From: Hyphochytrium catenoides
Lineage: Eukaryota; Protista; Hyphochytriomycota
Reading direction: 5' to 3'
Assembly (NCBI GenBank): GCA_900088475.1
Contig: FLMG01002053.1
Span: 1-42,998, forward strand
Length of the DNA stretch: 42,998 bases
The position numbers and the translations under genes are program-made. Positions 23,125-37,236 of the stretch are shown piece after piece. The first letter of the stretch is position 1. Each line of letters starts with the position of its first letter. Below the pieces are notes generated by a model. That model worked only from the letters and a program-made list of their open reading frames with translations, made no database searches and was not told the DNA's origin.

Positions 23125-26100
23125 ATGCCCTCAACGATAAAAATCCGAGTCGTTGAGGCTCGAGATCTGCCAGTCATGGACCGGAGCAGTGGCCTCACGG
23201 ACGCCTACGTAGAGATCATGCTGGAGCATTACCAGTTCCGCACTTCCATCTGTAAGAAGACGCTGGACCCAAAGGTATAGTTGATGTGTGAGGAGCCATG
23301 CATAAGGTCTATGCTATAATTCATGCTCTGTATGCGCTCGTACACTTCTAAGCCTTTATATTAACATAAGCTACTGTTCTCATCCTTTGGTCTGTCATCT
23401 CAACCTGCACGTGTCTTTCCTCGGTAGTGGGATGAGGAGTTTCGGATGGAAGTTGCCGATGACGGCATACTCCAGAGCCGACCGATAGAGTTCCGGGTGA
23501 TGGACTATGACAACTATACGACAGGAGAAGCTGTGGGCGTGGTCTATCTTGACCTCAACCCGCTGCTAATGCGGGCCGATACGGAGCATAAGAATGAACT
23601 TGCAATCCGCGGGTGGTTTCCCATCTATGACACACTGCAAGGAGTTAGAGGGGAGCTCCACTTGATTTTAAGGTGCCTTTCCCTCAGTGTCTCCCTTTAC
23701 ATTTTAGTGCTCACATGCTTTTATCTTTTCGTTGCTTGTTCTTCAAGAGCATGGCTTCTTTGCCTCTCTAGGAGCTCTTACTGCTTCTTTCACCACCACC
23801 CTCTCTCTCTTGTCCACCTAATATGCAGGCTCCAGTTCATAGGTGACATCAATCCCTTCCGTGACTCCTCCGCTGGCGTCCAGTTTTTTGGCCTTTCAAA
23901 GCTCTCAGAGCAGTTGTACAATGTGCAGAAGATCTATGGTTTCGTCGAAGAGCTAGTGGTCGACGACGACCCAGAGTACGAATGGGGAGACAGCTTTAGA
24001 TCCTCCAGACGGAGCAATGAATCCCGGCAGGTATGTAGAGAGATCATTCGAAGAACGCTACGTCGAAGCCAGGAGACACAGCTGGAGAAAAGTTAGACAA
24101 AATAGGCTAGAAGGGAGGGGGACCGAAGCGGTGATAAGCTGTAGAGCTATCATAGTTGCTCTTAGTCATTGAGAGACTGGGAGAAGATGGGTTGGAGACC
24201 ATCAAAGTGTGAGAGCGGTAAGATAGGCCGTCCTCCCCCCCCCAGTGGAGCCTCAGAAGCTCTGCCACGACTGTGATAGGCTAACACTGGCCTCTGCTTG
24301 TCTGATCCCCTCTGCTATTCCTCTCTTCTCTCTGTGCTGTGTACCTTCGCCTTGAAGCTTCTCCTTTATCGTCTCTCGTCCAAAGTAGCCACGCTCATAG
24401 GAAAGAAAGTCCTAGACATGGGAGGAAATGCTGTTCTGGCCTACCAACAGCACTTTGATGTGGAAGGTGACAGTGGAATAGTAGCTCGCGCGTTCGGCAC
24501 AGCCGTGAAGTTGACGACGAGAGGTAAGAGGCAGCTAAGCTAGGTTACCAAGGCCACAGTTCTAGCGCTTAACTGACTCTTCTCCACGACTTCATTTCTC
24601 TCCTTGCTCCTTCTTTGGACTTTGAACGCAGATGTCTCTCTCACTTCTTTCGTTTCTATGTCACTGCGTTACACGATCAATACCGCTTTTCTACTAGCCT
24701 CCTGCTTACGTATCCTCCTACCATTGTCCCATTGAAAGTCGGGGTGCTTGACTCTTTCTACAACTCTGCCAGGTGAGAGTCAGGGCCTAGAAGGCGGGGT
24801 TCAGCCTGAGAGCGCTCTCTCTCTTCAGGATGATGCCTCGCTAGATGGCTCTCCAAGGCCTAGGACTTCCGCCTTTGAGCTCAATGAGCGTGTAGCACAG
24901 CTGCAAGAACAACTGAAGGCCGATGGGGCTGGAGATCCGGAAGGCCACGCTGGAAATGCGCCTTCAAATTCTGCGCTCCCTCTTTCTCACGGACAAGATC
25001 CTGGTCCTAGTGCTCCTACTTTACAGTCAGGAATGGCAGGTATATCTCCACCTAAGACCAAGCCAGGTAGGCTGTTGCCAAACTGCCGCCTAAGGGGAAA
25101 TTCCCGAGATCCCACTTCGCTGGGCCAATGCTTGTGCCATCGACTGGGCTTAGCCCTCCATCGACTCTATCAACCCTTATTTGCTACTTGCCTCTTCTTT
25201 CACGCCTTCCACTGGCGCGTCAGCCTACCTTCCCATTCTTTACATCGTGCTGTGGTTTAGCATAGCTCTGTAGCTCCGCTAAAGGTGCTTTCACTGCAGG
25301 GCTATCCCCTCGCGCCTCACTCTGGCGCATGTTTAGCAAGCGGACTCGTGGGGGAAGCTTTAGTCTCTCAACTGATGACGTACAGCTTCTCACCTTGAAG
25401 GAGTTTGGCAAGGAGGACGCCAGAATGAGGCTGGGCGGCGTCGTAGCAGCAAGATCAGTCAAGTACTTAGGTAGAGTTTTCTTGGACATCCAACATCCTT
25501 GTTTGGCGCCTCAGTGACTTAAGGCTGATAATTGGTTAGCCAATGCCCGTCATCAGCCGTTATCTCCTTCGCCGTCCACATAACTGCAGTTCCGCTACAA
25601 CTTCTGTATGGTTCCTTGGACTACTCTTCATTGCCCAGCATCCCCCTTCCCTCCTATCAAGCGCGATTGTTTGGAGCGTAGTGCTTACTAGCCGTGCCTT
25701 TTTCTCGAGTAGGCAAACTGGCAACGAACCTTGCAGACCAGGAGACACGGGACGCCTGGTGGTCAGAGTTGAGAGAGGAGGTCCGGTCGAATGCCAGGAG
25801 TCTGCGATGTCACTTTGTGCTAGGATACACAGAAACCTGCACCATTCATGACGACGTTTGTGTCCTCTCTGCCAGGTGAACATGTTGTCCGCGAGGTGAC
25901 TCGCTATGCTCTTCTTCTCTGTGTTATGCTTCCTTGTCCTGCAGCTCCACCACTAGCCTTCAAGTTGTTTAGCGTATGTGATGTCTGCTTCGGCCTCGCT
26001 GCCCTTGCATCTAGTCCTCGTCAGGTCCTTTTAGTCCACTTGTTAATCTTGATCCCATCAAAATGCTCATACGGTATGTTGCCCTTCTCGTCACGCTACG

Positions 26101-29100
26101 TTTCTTGCTGCTCCTTAACGACAGTGGGACAGCAGCTCTCGTAAGGGATCCGTATTTTTACAGGCGCAGTGGCCCTTCACAGAGCTCCATACCGCAGAAT
26201 CTTGCAAGTGATGAAGTGACAGGAGTGGAGAACCGCGAAGACGGGGAAGCAGAGCATCGCGGAGATGAGACCGATCAGGCTGCTTCGTCTCTTCTCTACT
26301 CCGGATCCAGGGCGTCCACCTTCTTTGCAAGTGCCAGCACTCTAGCCTCCCTTACTAGCAAGAATAGAGCCGGCGGAAGGGAAAACACAAGGCGGACGGC
26401 CAAGTATGCTTCTTACTAAACAATGATACCTCTAACGCTGTCGCTTCTACAGCTGCCATTCTCTTTTCTCTCGGTTAGGGCTAGGTTTTGGACTATGCCC
26501 CTTGCCCTGCTGTTTCCGTTGACAACCGGCTCTTCCCTCCGCCGACGAGAAGTTGTGAGAGCCTGGCATTGACTTGTCGCTTCAGGTTCCTTCCTTGCGC
26601 GTTTTGCCACGTGCCTTACGCGAAGTCCTCCGCCCCTTTCGCGAACATGCGCATTGTTCCCTGTGGGTTATGTGGCAGAAAGTGGGTACCGGAGGTGCTA
26701 TTAGCAACAATCGAACCGCCAGAAGGTAGATATTGACCAATGGGCCCCATCCCCTTGCCTAATTCTTCTGCTCCAGGATCTCCTCCTGTTCCTGCTGAGT
26801 CTTGGGGCCACTTTAGTTGACACGTTCAACAACCATTGGCTCGCCCCACTTTTCGACTTTAGCTCTGCCTCTCCTCCTGTTTTGAACATGGGCCAATACG
26901 TTGGCCTCAGCCTTACCTTCTAGCATACGGTGACTGTCTTTTGGAGTTCGCCGTCTCCGTCTGTCTTCGAGAGCGAGCGTCGAAAGGGTCTTACGTCTCT
27001 TTGGCCTCAAGGCCATGCCCGTGCCCATCGCATTGTCTTACCTCTATGTGGCTCTTCCCCGGCAATTACTGTCCTAGGAATGGCGATTTCTGGGCGTGGG
27101 TGCTTAGTACAGGCCAGAGTGTGCCGTCAGAGGAGGAGAGGAGTAGGAGATGTAAATGCAACCATTGTATCAGATGCGATTCCCTTTTTGGAGTATGAAC
27201 TTCAGAGGCAGCTCATGATAAAGGTAAAGCATTCAAATGCACACTGGAGAGGGAAAGCGTGAGACTTTATGGTTCAAGGGTAAAGCTACTACAAGTCTAC
27301 TTTCTTCCCTTCCTGTTTTCCATCGTCTTTCACTTCAGATTCCATCGAGTTGCGTCTTTCAATCGCGCATTGCACTCTCTTGCGCTCTCTCTTCACATCC
27401 CGCAACAGACTGTAACGACAGAGAGGCTCCCTGAATTCTCTTGTTAAGGCTTCTTCTCCTGCTGCTTTTCACTGTTAGCCGTAAACCCAATACTAATCAG
27501 TCAGTCATTAGTTGAAGGTGTTGGGAATGAACGCCGCCTTCTGTTTGGAGACCCAAATTCAAGTCGGCTCGTCTCTTATCATTGGCGTCGCCACGGGCAC
27601 AGCGATGTATTTGCCTGCGTTACCTCCCCCTCCTGGTGCGTCTCCTGCTCTATTGCAACTACGAACTTCCTCGCCATTAGTGAAGCTCGTGACTGTCGGT
27701 TGCAGATCTGGGGAGCAACCATAGGGGCCTGCCTGCTAATTTTCCCGACCTTTCACTTTAAAGACGTCGTCTGCGATCCGTACTCTCTGTGATATCCTTT
27801 ACTCGGCCTCAATCTCTCTTTCGTTTACTCTTCATAGCTGATGCCGCCTAGTCCTTGCCCTCTCTCTCTCCTCATAGATCCTTCATCCTACCTTTGCCTA
27901 GTGGTGATGCTTCTGGCAGCCCTTCCATCCTCCCTGCCAGAGATCGGCTGCATTCACTCACTGACCTCTCGTTTATCCGTATCAACTCCTGTCCTTGAAT
28001 CGCTGAAAAGTCTTGCGCATCAGTAGGAACATAGAGATCAAGGTACATCTATAGAGAAGGCTATTGACAGATCACGTCCTAACCTCTCTGCTCTCACAAT
28101 GGCTGCATGTTTTCCGTCTAGGATGACGAAGACCGCCGTCTCGTAGAGCTCCAGCAACAAATTGAAGAGCTTTCCTCAAGCAACAAGGAAAAGGTTCAAA
28201 AGGCTAATACTGTCGCCATGGATAAGATGCTTCCAACCTTAACCAGCCGCTCACCGACTAGATTCTCTGAAGATGGTTGGGGTGGGTAAAGGCCAAGTGT
28301 TTCCCCCTTAAGATGTCACCTTTCCGGCTAAGCATTTGGAAGGGAGGGGATATGCCCTGCTCCTCTCTTTCGCTCGCTCTCGTAAACGAGCTCCTCTCTG
28401 ATAGCAGTTCTGTTATGAATATTTCTTATCTCTAAAACTCATCCGATGGCGATGACCTGGTCTAAGAGACTTACTCTTTCAAGATCGTTCATATCGTCAT
28501 CTCTTCTTTCCTATCAAAACCCTTCTTCACTTCATCTCTGACCTTAAGCTTGGTCATTGAATCAAGACCCTTGTCTCACGTGCTGTTATCGCTGCAGGTT
28601 CTCTGCAGGATGGCTCTCGAAGTCCTGGGGTCGGCGAACTGTTCTCTTTGAACCCGATGCTAGGGAACTTTGGACCATCCAACAAGCCGCTAGATAGCAT
28701 TAGGGAAGAGAGCGAGAGGATCAAGATAGAGAGAGACGCGGAGATAGCAGGCCCAGAGACATTGGAATCCGTGGGTGAACATCCAGAGGACGTCACCATT
28801 ATAGCGCCAGAAGGTAAGATTTAGAAACATTATGCGTTGGAAGAAGTACTTTCAACAGAGCGTAGAGAAAGAGAGGGAGGAGGGTATAAAAGGACCTACG
28901 CTTGTTAGAAGAGACAGATGCAGAGGGAAGCGGGTGAGCAAAGGTGAAGAGCATCTTTATCAAACAAACCTGACCGAGGGACTTTGGGAGTACGTCCGCT
29001 GAGAGTCAATTATAGGCCAAGAGGGACGGGCTGACGATGGAGGCACACAGGAGCTGACACCTGTTCCAGGTACGGAAGGGTTAGAATGAGATTGTTTTTT

Positions 29101-32100
29101 TCACAGGTGCAGAGAGAGAGTAGGAGAGAAAGACAGCGTGTCTGAGCAAGAGAGACAAGGAGAGACACAGACTCAAGCGAGAGAGAGAGAGAGGTGGACA
29201 GAGGGACAGAGAGAGGGACAGAGTGGCAGAGAGAGGGGCAAAGAAAGCACTCTAGAGCCAACGAATGAGGAGACAAAGCTCTCACCGATATTTATTATCC
29301 AGGGTGTATCCTAGACTCCGATTCAAGTGACTCTAGCTCAGATAGTGATAGGGAGCTGGACGACGATGCTGACAGGTAACGCCACCGAGATAAAAGATTA
29401 GGGACAGTGTTACGGTCGTGCCTATCAAATTGGTTGCTCGCGAGAAGGAGATGAACGCTCTGGGGCTGGAGAAAGGCAGAGAGACAGAAAGTCACCGCAA
29501 TGGCGTGGAGGGAACAACTTACAACGCAGCAGTTAGAGGGACAAGGCGTCTTTTATGGCGGTCAAACAAACGTAGCCCACCGGCGGAGTGTTGGTAGCAC
29601 GAAAACTGAGGCTGCTGACTGTCAACATATGCGAACATTATTCTGACGTTCCTGTCCCCGCCTTGACATCTGTCAAATGTAGTGTTGATCCCAAGTCTGC
29701 CTTCGTGCTAGAGGTTGACGATGAGACTGACGAGGATATCATGTCTGTGCTACTGGATGAGCAGCCACCAATGGTAAGCCGACGATCATCTCAGATCTTT
29801 TCCTTTCTAAAGCTAGCTATCGATAACCCCGTCAACTCCGCATGCGTATGAAGGGGGATATTGTTAGCATCACAACTCCAGCTGTTACTCGTTGTTCATG
29901 GTTGATCCCTAGTTGGCCCTGGCGATGGAGTCTGTGCTCAGGGCAGCCTCCTTCGGTCGTTTCCTGACGTACATCGTTGTTCTGTTGATCTAATGCTAGA
30001 CGTTACATGATCAATCGATTGACCCTGCTTGCTCCGTTAGGGCATTAGTCTATGCAACGCAGAAACTCTACCAGGTGTTTGCCGGCTAAATGCAAATATC
30101 CTTCTGGTCGTGGCTACCAGGAGGGTGAAGGTACCCCAGTTAGCACTGCACTCCACTGCCGATCGACTTAATTCGTTATTGCATTTTGCTGTCCATAGCC
30201 CCTTGGATGACGCAGACAGCGCTACTGGCCTCACGGCTAGCAGGTTGTGTTGAACCGCGACTAACTCTCTGTTTTCCATTGTAACTTCATTTCAATGGAC
30301 TGTAGGTGGATGGTAACCGAATGCGCAATACCCGTCTTAACCAGCCCTTCTCAGCGCTATTCAACCAGATGTACACAAGGTACTCTGCGCTGTGGTTGCT
30401 GTACCTCCCTCTCCATGTTCTACTACTTTCTACTACTTTCTGACAATGAGCTGTTTGCCCGTGTATCCGATAGTATCGCTTTTAAATTGCGCTTGATGGC
30501 TCCATGCATCATCTCTGGACTCAACACGAGAGTTGGCTTCACAAGCGACGACATGGTAAGACGGCCGAAAGGGCAAAGAAAGTGACTGAATGCAAAGAGC
30601 CAAAAGCCTTCTAGTACTTCTTAGACTAGTGAAGTCCCTTCAATGTGGAATGTAAACCCTTCGGAGGGCGAAAGGCAGGGGAGATAAGGGATACCTACGG
30701 AGAGCAGCAGTCCAAGAAATGGACGTCAGTTGGTGACTTACAGATCGCTATGATCTCTTCTTTCCCTGGTCCTCTGCCGATGGTTGCACACGCCCAGATT
30801 GAACTGATTCTGACGGCCATGGCGGTGGCAGAGAGTCCAGACCCCCTATTGTCAGTTCCGTCAACGGCGCAAGAAGGTGAGCGCTAGCTACAGGGCTTTG
30901 GCTGCTGAACAAGCCTGGGAGAGCCAAAGGGCTGCAAGAGAATGATGTCACGCCTTGAAGTCGGTCGATCTTACACCTGCTGTCTCTGTTCCCGTTGCAG
31001 GTGGCTTCAGAGCTCCGAGCTTGCTTCCTAGGGTAGGCCATTCTATTTCCTTACTTGCAGAGCTTTCAATCAGTTGTCCTCCGCGTTCGCTTAATAAGCC
31101 TTAATGGCTCACTGTGCCATCGGCGCTGGTACTTCATATCCTTTGGCAAGGAATACTTTTTAAGTTCCGTGGGGCCTTCCACCTCCATAAGGCACCTCGC
31201 TTGCTCTCTGTTCCTGCCGCTCTATCCTTGGCCTATGTCCATCTCGGTGTCCGTCTTCAAAGAACGTTGCTGATAGTTTTCTTAGGCTGTGGAAGAGATG
31301 ATAAGAAGCACAGTTCAGAAAGTAGCGACTACTAGACCGTCCAGCCCCATCGCCCGTCCTCTCTTCCGCAGCATGTCCAACAAAGAGATGTTGCCTTCCT
31401 CTTCTTGGCCAGAAGGGGCCTCAGACGAGGTCCGTGGGAGTGCAGCTCTCCCGATTATCTTTCTCGTCGTGCTCCAATACCTTAGTGCCTACCATTAGCT
31501 CTTCCTCTATATATAGAGCCTGATCCTTTGTCAAACGAGGAAGACGTCTCTATATGCAGCCTTCCATATTTGTCTGTTTACTTCGCGATCAGAGGTCTCG
31601 AGATAGCCATTGTTGCTCTCTTATCTCTCTCTCTTCTTGTCTTATAGGAGACTGCCTTCTTTCCGCTGCTATCATCCTGCTAAGTCTGTTTCGATGCCCA
31701 GATTCCCCCTTTGGTCTAAATTTACTTCCAATTGTAGGCCTCAGCCTTCACGCCCCATCGACCCCGGAGTTTTCGCCGCCTCAGCCTTAGCTCTGACGTG
31801 CAGAGCCAGAGTGTCCAGCTCACGCCACTGTCTTACATTCCGGGGACACAGGTCACAAGGTAGAAGGCTGGGTTGCCTCTCTTACCGCTTCACTTCACAG
31901 AGAGACATCTCTCTGCACAGGCAAACTTCTCTATACGCCCATCCTAAGCTTGTAGTTACCTTGCTGGATTCACAGCTTCACTAAAGTGCCTCTTGCTCTC
32001 TCTTCATCTTCCTGTTAATACTAATGATTACGTCTCTCTACGACCATCTCAATGGGACAGATACCTGGGAAGGGTAAACTTGCACTTCATCAAAGAAAGC

Positions 32101-32823
32101 TGGGCAGTTCAAGAAGGTACAGCCTAATTTCTATGCACCTTGCCTCCTCCATGTTCCTCATCACTCACCCTCTCCGCCCCAGCTGCGGGGTTTTACATGG
32201 TGCCTTTTGGGGTCGAAGCTCTGCCGTCCTCTTGCAAAACAGTTGCTATGAGTGTCTTCTAGCGTCCTCGTCCATCGCTGTTTCCACCCTTGTCTCCTCT
32301 GCGTCTCAGACGTTCGCACTCTCTATTTTGCGTCACCGTTGTTCTAGGTGGGGGCTTAGGAGTCTTCTTCCAGCGCTTCCTTTTCGAAGTAAATGCTATG
32401 GCAAGGTCACATGTTGCAGCTCTAGGAGGAAACGCCATGCTAGCCTATAGACTAAACCCTAGAGAGTCGGGTGGTCGCCTTTATCGGAATCAGGTGAGTC
32501 CCTGAAGGACAAGGAAAGAACTGAGAAAAACGTGGATATAGTATGTGTTGAGGTTCTTCAAGCAAGGAAACAGAGGGTACCATCCTGGTTCGATATCCCT
32601 CGCACTAGTCTTGCCTAACGCTCAATCGCAGGTGTACAACATGGTCAGTGTCAGTGGAGATGCTGTTGTTGTTGAATACACGTCCACTGTCGGACACGCG
32701 AGCCAAGGAGTTCGACGATGGACAGGTGGCGGGGGATTGGGCGATGTGTCACCGCTACAGTTGGAGTTGCCTAGCCTGCAAGGAGCCGCTGAAGCGCTGA
32801 AGGCAGAGTCAACACAGGCGTAG
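23125..32823 (+). CDS. C2CD5: C2 domain-containing protein 5 (CDP138/KIAA0528-like), more than 20 exons
   Basis: N-terminal C2 domain [30 protein letters not shown], then [95 protein letters not shown] and [15 protein letters not shown]. Exons join via GT-AG introns. Confidence 0.92.
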
Positions 32824-34126
32824 GGTCGCAGTCCGCCGACTAGAGCCCCAAACTCTTTGCATATCTCGTCATTTATAGGAACATTCTTGTTGCCTACTTG
32901 TCTGTCACTTTAGTCTCCTCTCCTGATTCTCGTGGCAAGCCTGGGCCCTCTTTCTTCTCAATGGGGAACCTACGAGTCAACTATTGCAGTTCCTGCCCAG
33001 GGACAAGCCTCGCTTTAGCTGGAAAAAAGTCCTCCTTATGCCTAAGACCACGGCGGCGCCTTAGCTTCTTGGCGACCGGGATGGGAGAGATCGTTAGCAC
33101 TCCAGGATTGGACAGAGGCGACGCAACAGAGTAAAGAGTAAACGCGGGAGGATAGGTAGCATCCCTCCTTCCTCATTGGGGCCCAAAACTCGGTACCAAT
33201 TGCCAACGCCTATATATCCCAATGAGCCGCCAGCCCTTCAAAAAAGCCACGGCCGTGTTTCTCAGAGATGAGCCTTTGTGGTTGATGATTGTGTGAATGG
33301 TTGCACTCGAGCAGATTCTTCCAGCCTTTTTTCTTCAGTGCCTTACTTCTTTCTGGGACATAGCTCTCTTTCTCTCAAAGCTCATACTTAATCTCTGGCT
33401 CACTCTTCATAGAGCTCTAGTATTTTCTCTCTCCTTCCGGCTGCTTTTTCTTCATTTCCTCTGCTAGTATTGATGCCAGTAGTCTCATGGCACAGAGAAG
33501 TCTCCAAGACAATCGCTCATGCCAGCATCACTGTGTCACTCACTACCTATCTCGCTTAGTATTAGGGCACGTCTTTAGTTAATGCACCTAAATGGATGAA
33601 GCAGTAGAAGAAGTTGAAGTGCTGACAGAGCCACGTAGCGGAACAGACGACTTAATGTCTCTTTTCCTATTAGCTCAAAGCATTCTTCCCAACATCAGAC
33701 GTTTGGCTTGCTGCAACTCCGCCTTTAACTAGGGCTCCTGCCTGCAAAGATGACAAGGCAGAGCGACCTGTCGTGGGAAGTGTCTCAGCGCCAACAAAGT
33801 ACTAAGGTTTGGCAAAACTCCATCGTAACTTAACTCATTAATTTACCTGAGGTATATGGGAATGAGAGGAAGAAGAGGACTCCTTAGGCGTGTGTCTTCC
33901 GCTCTCTACCCTATGCTAATACCACGTTGGCCCTGTTCAGCAGCGACTCTTCTCCTGGTGCTACTGACCTTTGCCAACCCTGGCTGCAAAATAGAAAGCC
34001 ATGACTACGACGGAGGTACATGACAATGAAAGGGTAGCAGCAGGCAAGGGTGGTGCGATCATGGTCCTAGGGAGTTAAGTAGTCAGTGCCAGAGTTCACG
34101 GTAACGCCTATTTACAGCGTGGGCAA

Positions 34127-34200
34127 AGGTAGCGATCGTGGAGCCTGAGGTAGCGGTCACGACGGAGCCTGGAGTAGCGGTCACGGAGCCTGAGGTAGCT
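34127..34200. repeat. Short imperfect tandem repeat with 21-24 bp units (GAGCCTGAGGTAGCGGTCACG)
   Basis: Three copies beginning GAGCCTG plus one partial upstream copy. Confidence 0.85.
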
Positions 34201-35311
34201 TAGAGTAGAGGCCAACCAAGGAGGTCAAACTGACGAGTAAGAAGTTCATGGTTCATGGGGCAGCTTGTTGATAATAATGTCAATCTATTCATTTGATAAT
34301 CTATGATAGAGGCAAGAAGTGTTCCGCGGCTCCTAACAGGGTGAAAAGCGCTGATGACGCGTTTCCTATTGATCCTCTGATCTCTGTTGAGCTTCAGGTT
34401 CAGCCTTCGGCTACATACATGGAGCTCCATACCAGAAGACATTGGAACTCATCGGCCAACGCTGAAGGTTTATTCTTGGAACTTCAGCTACACTGCCATT
34501 GGGCCCTAAGAGCGTTAACATGGCACCGAGGAAGAGCACACGGTGTTAAATCTCTAGTTCTGGCGTGCCCGCTGGGTGTCTTTCTCTTGTCTCTCATCTC
34601 CCAAAAGTGCTATTGTGAAGCCAGCAGCGTCCTCTTTATTCTTCTGTGTGACAGGTATCAAGAGAGGAGATTTGACTAGTCTAGCTATAGAAAGAAGAGG
34701 TGATCAATGATAATGAAGCATAATGGTGTCTCCGGGAGGACAGGGAAAGGTATTGGAAGAGATTTGTCAGAAAAAAGAGAGAGAGAGGGAGGTACGACAA
34801 AATTGAGAGAAAATAGAGATACAGCCAGATAGAGAGAGAGGCAGAGCCAGAGACATCAGCTAAGAAGACGGAGAAGAAGCTGAGGGCTCAGAGCAACCCG
34901 GATAAAGAGAAAGTTCAGAGAGAAAACCCGGTGCGTCGACGGCAAGGGAAAAGAGAGACTCCAGTTGTATGGAGAAGACGCAGAGAAAATGGCTGTTAAG
35001 TTAGCACAGCCGGGGAGCTTGAAGAAGGCGCTTTATTCCCCGCTTTCGGACTCAATCGCTACGTCATCGGCGGCGGACATCTGCAGCACGACTTCTTCTG
35101 TCCTCTTTTTAAAAGGTAGAAGTGCGCGGCAGCTTGCGATGGACTGATCTGGCTCTCTTGTTGTTTGTCGCTCTTTTTTAAATAAAAACACGCTCGTAGT
35201 CTACGAGAGCAACCTCTTTCTCGCTTTCTTGGACTTTATCCCGTGGCTCCACTGCCCGGATGTTCCCTTCCTTTTGACCGCCTTTTTCTTTCTTTCTTCA
35301 TGCTCTTTCTA

Positions 35312-35312
<1 letters not shown>

Positions 35313-35359
<47 letters not shown>

Positions 35360-35921
35360 GTCTTTATTCCCAACACTAATCCCTTGCTCAGGAGAGCTCT
35401 TTATCACTTCGATTCCGACCTAGACCTATAACTACGCTGCTGATCGAAGCCACTGCTGTTCTGAAGTGAAGATCTGGCTTCCCTCCCTTTATTATTCAAT
35501 ACTCTACTACACGGTCTTTCTCTCTTCTCTGTCTCTCTCCTTACCGGCTCTCTCTCTCTCATCTCAACCTGTTCTACTCATCTTATCTTCCTCGTAACTT
35601 TTATGAGCCACGCATGGTGACTAGCATCAGGTCAAACCCAGGGACTTCTGGAGGAAGAGAAAGAGAGAAACACGGTTACTATTATTATGGGCAAACCCTA
35701 TGATGACAGCAGTTCAAGCTGGAGCTTCCTTCTCTCTCTCTCTCTCTTCTTCTCGTCCATATGAGCTCCTCTATTGTCCTCCTCCTCTCTTCTCTGTCGA
35801 GGTGCCTAACGTCTACATCGTTCTAGAATTTTTTTTTTACCTCTCCCTGCTCCTTCACTTCTATTTATAATACCCATTTCCCGTTTCTGGCTCTCTCGCT
35901 AGCTCTCTCTCTCTCTCTCTC

Positions 35922-35954
<33 letters not shown>
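35313..35954. repeat. Cluster of (CT)n microsatellites
   Basis: Runs at ~35313-35355, ~35730-35750 and ~35903-35954; a (GA)n block follows at ~36611-36698. Confidence 0.9.
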
Positions 35955-36934
35955 GTCCTCGATAATCCACACTGATAGTTCTAGTAATGCACCACCGATG
36001 CGCTAGTAGTGGCTGCGCTTTCTACTACCACCAGAGCACTGTTTGGCAGCAATAGAAGACTCTTGATGAGACACAGAGCGACACACAGAGTAAACTAGAA
36101 GACAGAGAGAGACAGTTATTAAGAGGAAGTACACCTGAATCGAGCAGGGAGCAGACAACTCAGCCATCATCTCATTCCCACCTCTCTCTTTCTCTTACAC
36201 ATCTCCATTTGTCAAACTTCCCTGCAGTCTTATTAACAGTCGTTCTCCCTTTCTCAACCAGTCGTTAAGTAAAAGAAGCCAGAAACAAACACGCTCTCTC
36301 TCTTATTCCATCTCTCTCTCTCTCTCCTATGCAGAAGGTTTCAACCCCCGTCGATGAAGGTTGACTTCTTTCCGTCCAGGAGAGAATAAAGACGCCGACA
36401 AGAATGGACCGGAGAGGCAGAGAGGCGGTCGGAAAAAAGAGAAGTCAGAAGCTTCACTAAGAAAACTCTACGATCCTACCGGGTTCTGATGAGAAAGAAG
36501 ATGGGACAGGACAAAGTCAAGAAGGAAATGAAGTACGTCGTCCGACCGGAGACATCGCAAAAAGGCGCAGCTTCTCATTGATGAAGGAGAGGAGTGAGGA
36601 AGCTGGAGATTGAGAGAAACAGAGGGAGGGAGAGAGAGAGGAAGAGAGAGAAAGAGAGAGGGGGAGAGAGAGAGAGAGCGAGAGAGAGAGAGAGAGAGGT
36701 TTATTCTCTGTTCGCTCACTTCTCGTCCAGTCAACCCCAAGTTTGAAAGATCGCCCCACTGCACAACAAGGGACAACATTGTATTTGTTGAATTTGAAAA
36801 CTTCAACGTTAGGAAAACATAAACAGCAAACTTTGTGTGGAAGCGATAAAATTCTAAATATATCCTAAGTATTGCAATAAAGGATCATTCCTTCCCAAAA
36901 ATACTCGTACCTGTAGGAAGAGAACAGGAAAGCC

Positions 36935-37236
36935 GGTCGGACCATTGTTCTTACTATTATTACGCAAATGATTGCACTTTTCTGTGTTAAGGGGAAATAC
37001 GACGATCAACAATTGCCAATCATTGTTTTTCGGGTGCGCACGAATGTTCTACTTATCTTTTTTCGCAAACTATAAGTCCGCTAGAGGTAATAGACATACA
37101 TATACGATCGTCAGAGCAGATGGATGATAAATTTCCTATTGTAATGAACTCGAAAAGCGCTATAGCGGATATATTAATTTCATGGTTTCATAAATTTCCA
37201 GACAATGGTTTGTAATTCTGAAACAATGGTCCGACC
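36935..37236. mobile_element. Candidate non-autonomous DNA transposon (MITE-like), 302 bp with 15-bp terminal inverted repeats
   Basis: GGTCGGACCATTGTT (36935-36949) is the exact reverse complement of AACAATGGTCCGACC (37222-37236). The interior is AT-rich and non-coding. No clean target-site duplication. Confidence 0.55.

Noticed and set aside
26112-26124. TCCTTAAC branch-like motif before a C2CD5 acceptor
   Set aside because: The AG is too close to the motif and the donor (GTGAAC) is not U12-like.
27792-27800. ATATCCTTT U12-like donor inside C2CD5
   Set aside because: Lies within a GT-AG intron whose flanking exons already join in frame; no properly spaced CCTTAAC...AC follows.
31136-31144. 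Second ATATCCTTT inside C2CD5
   Set aside because: Intronic (~31033-31285 GT-AG intron); no U12 branch/acceptor follows and it is not needed for the frame.
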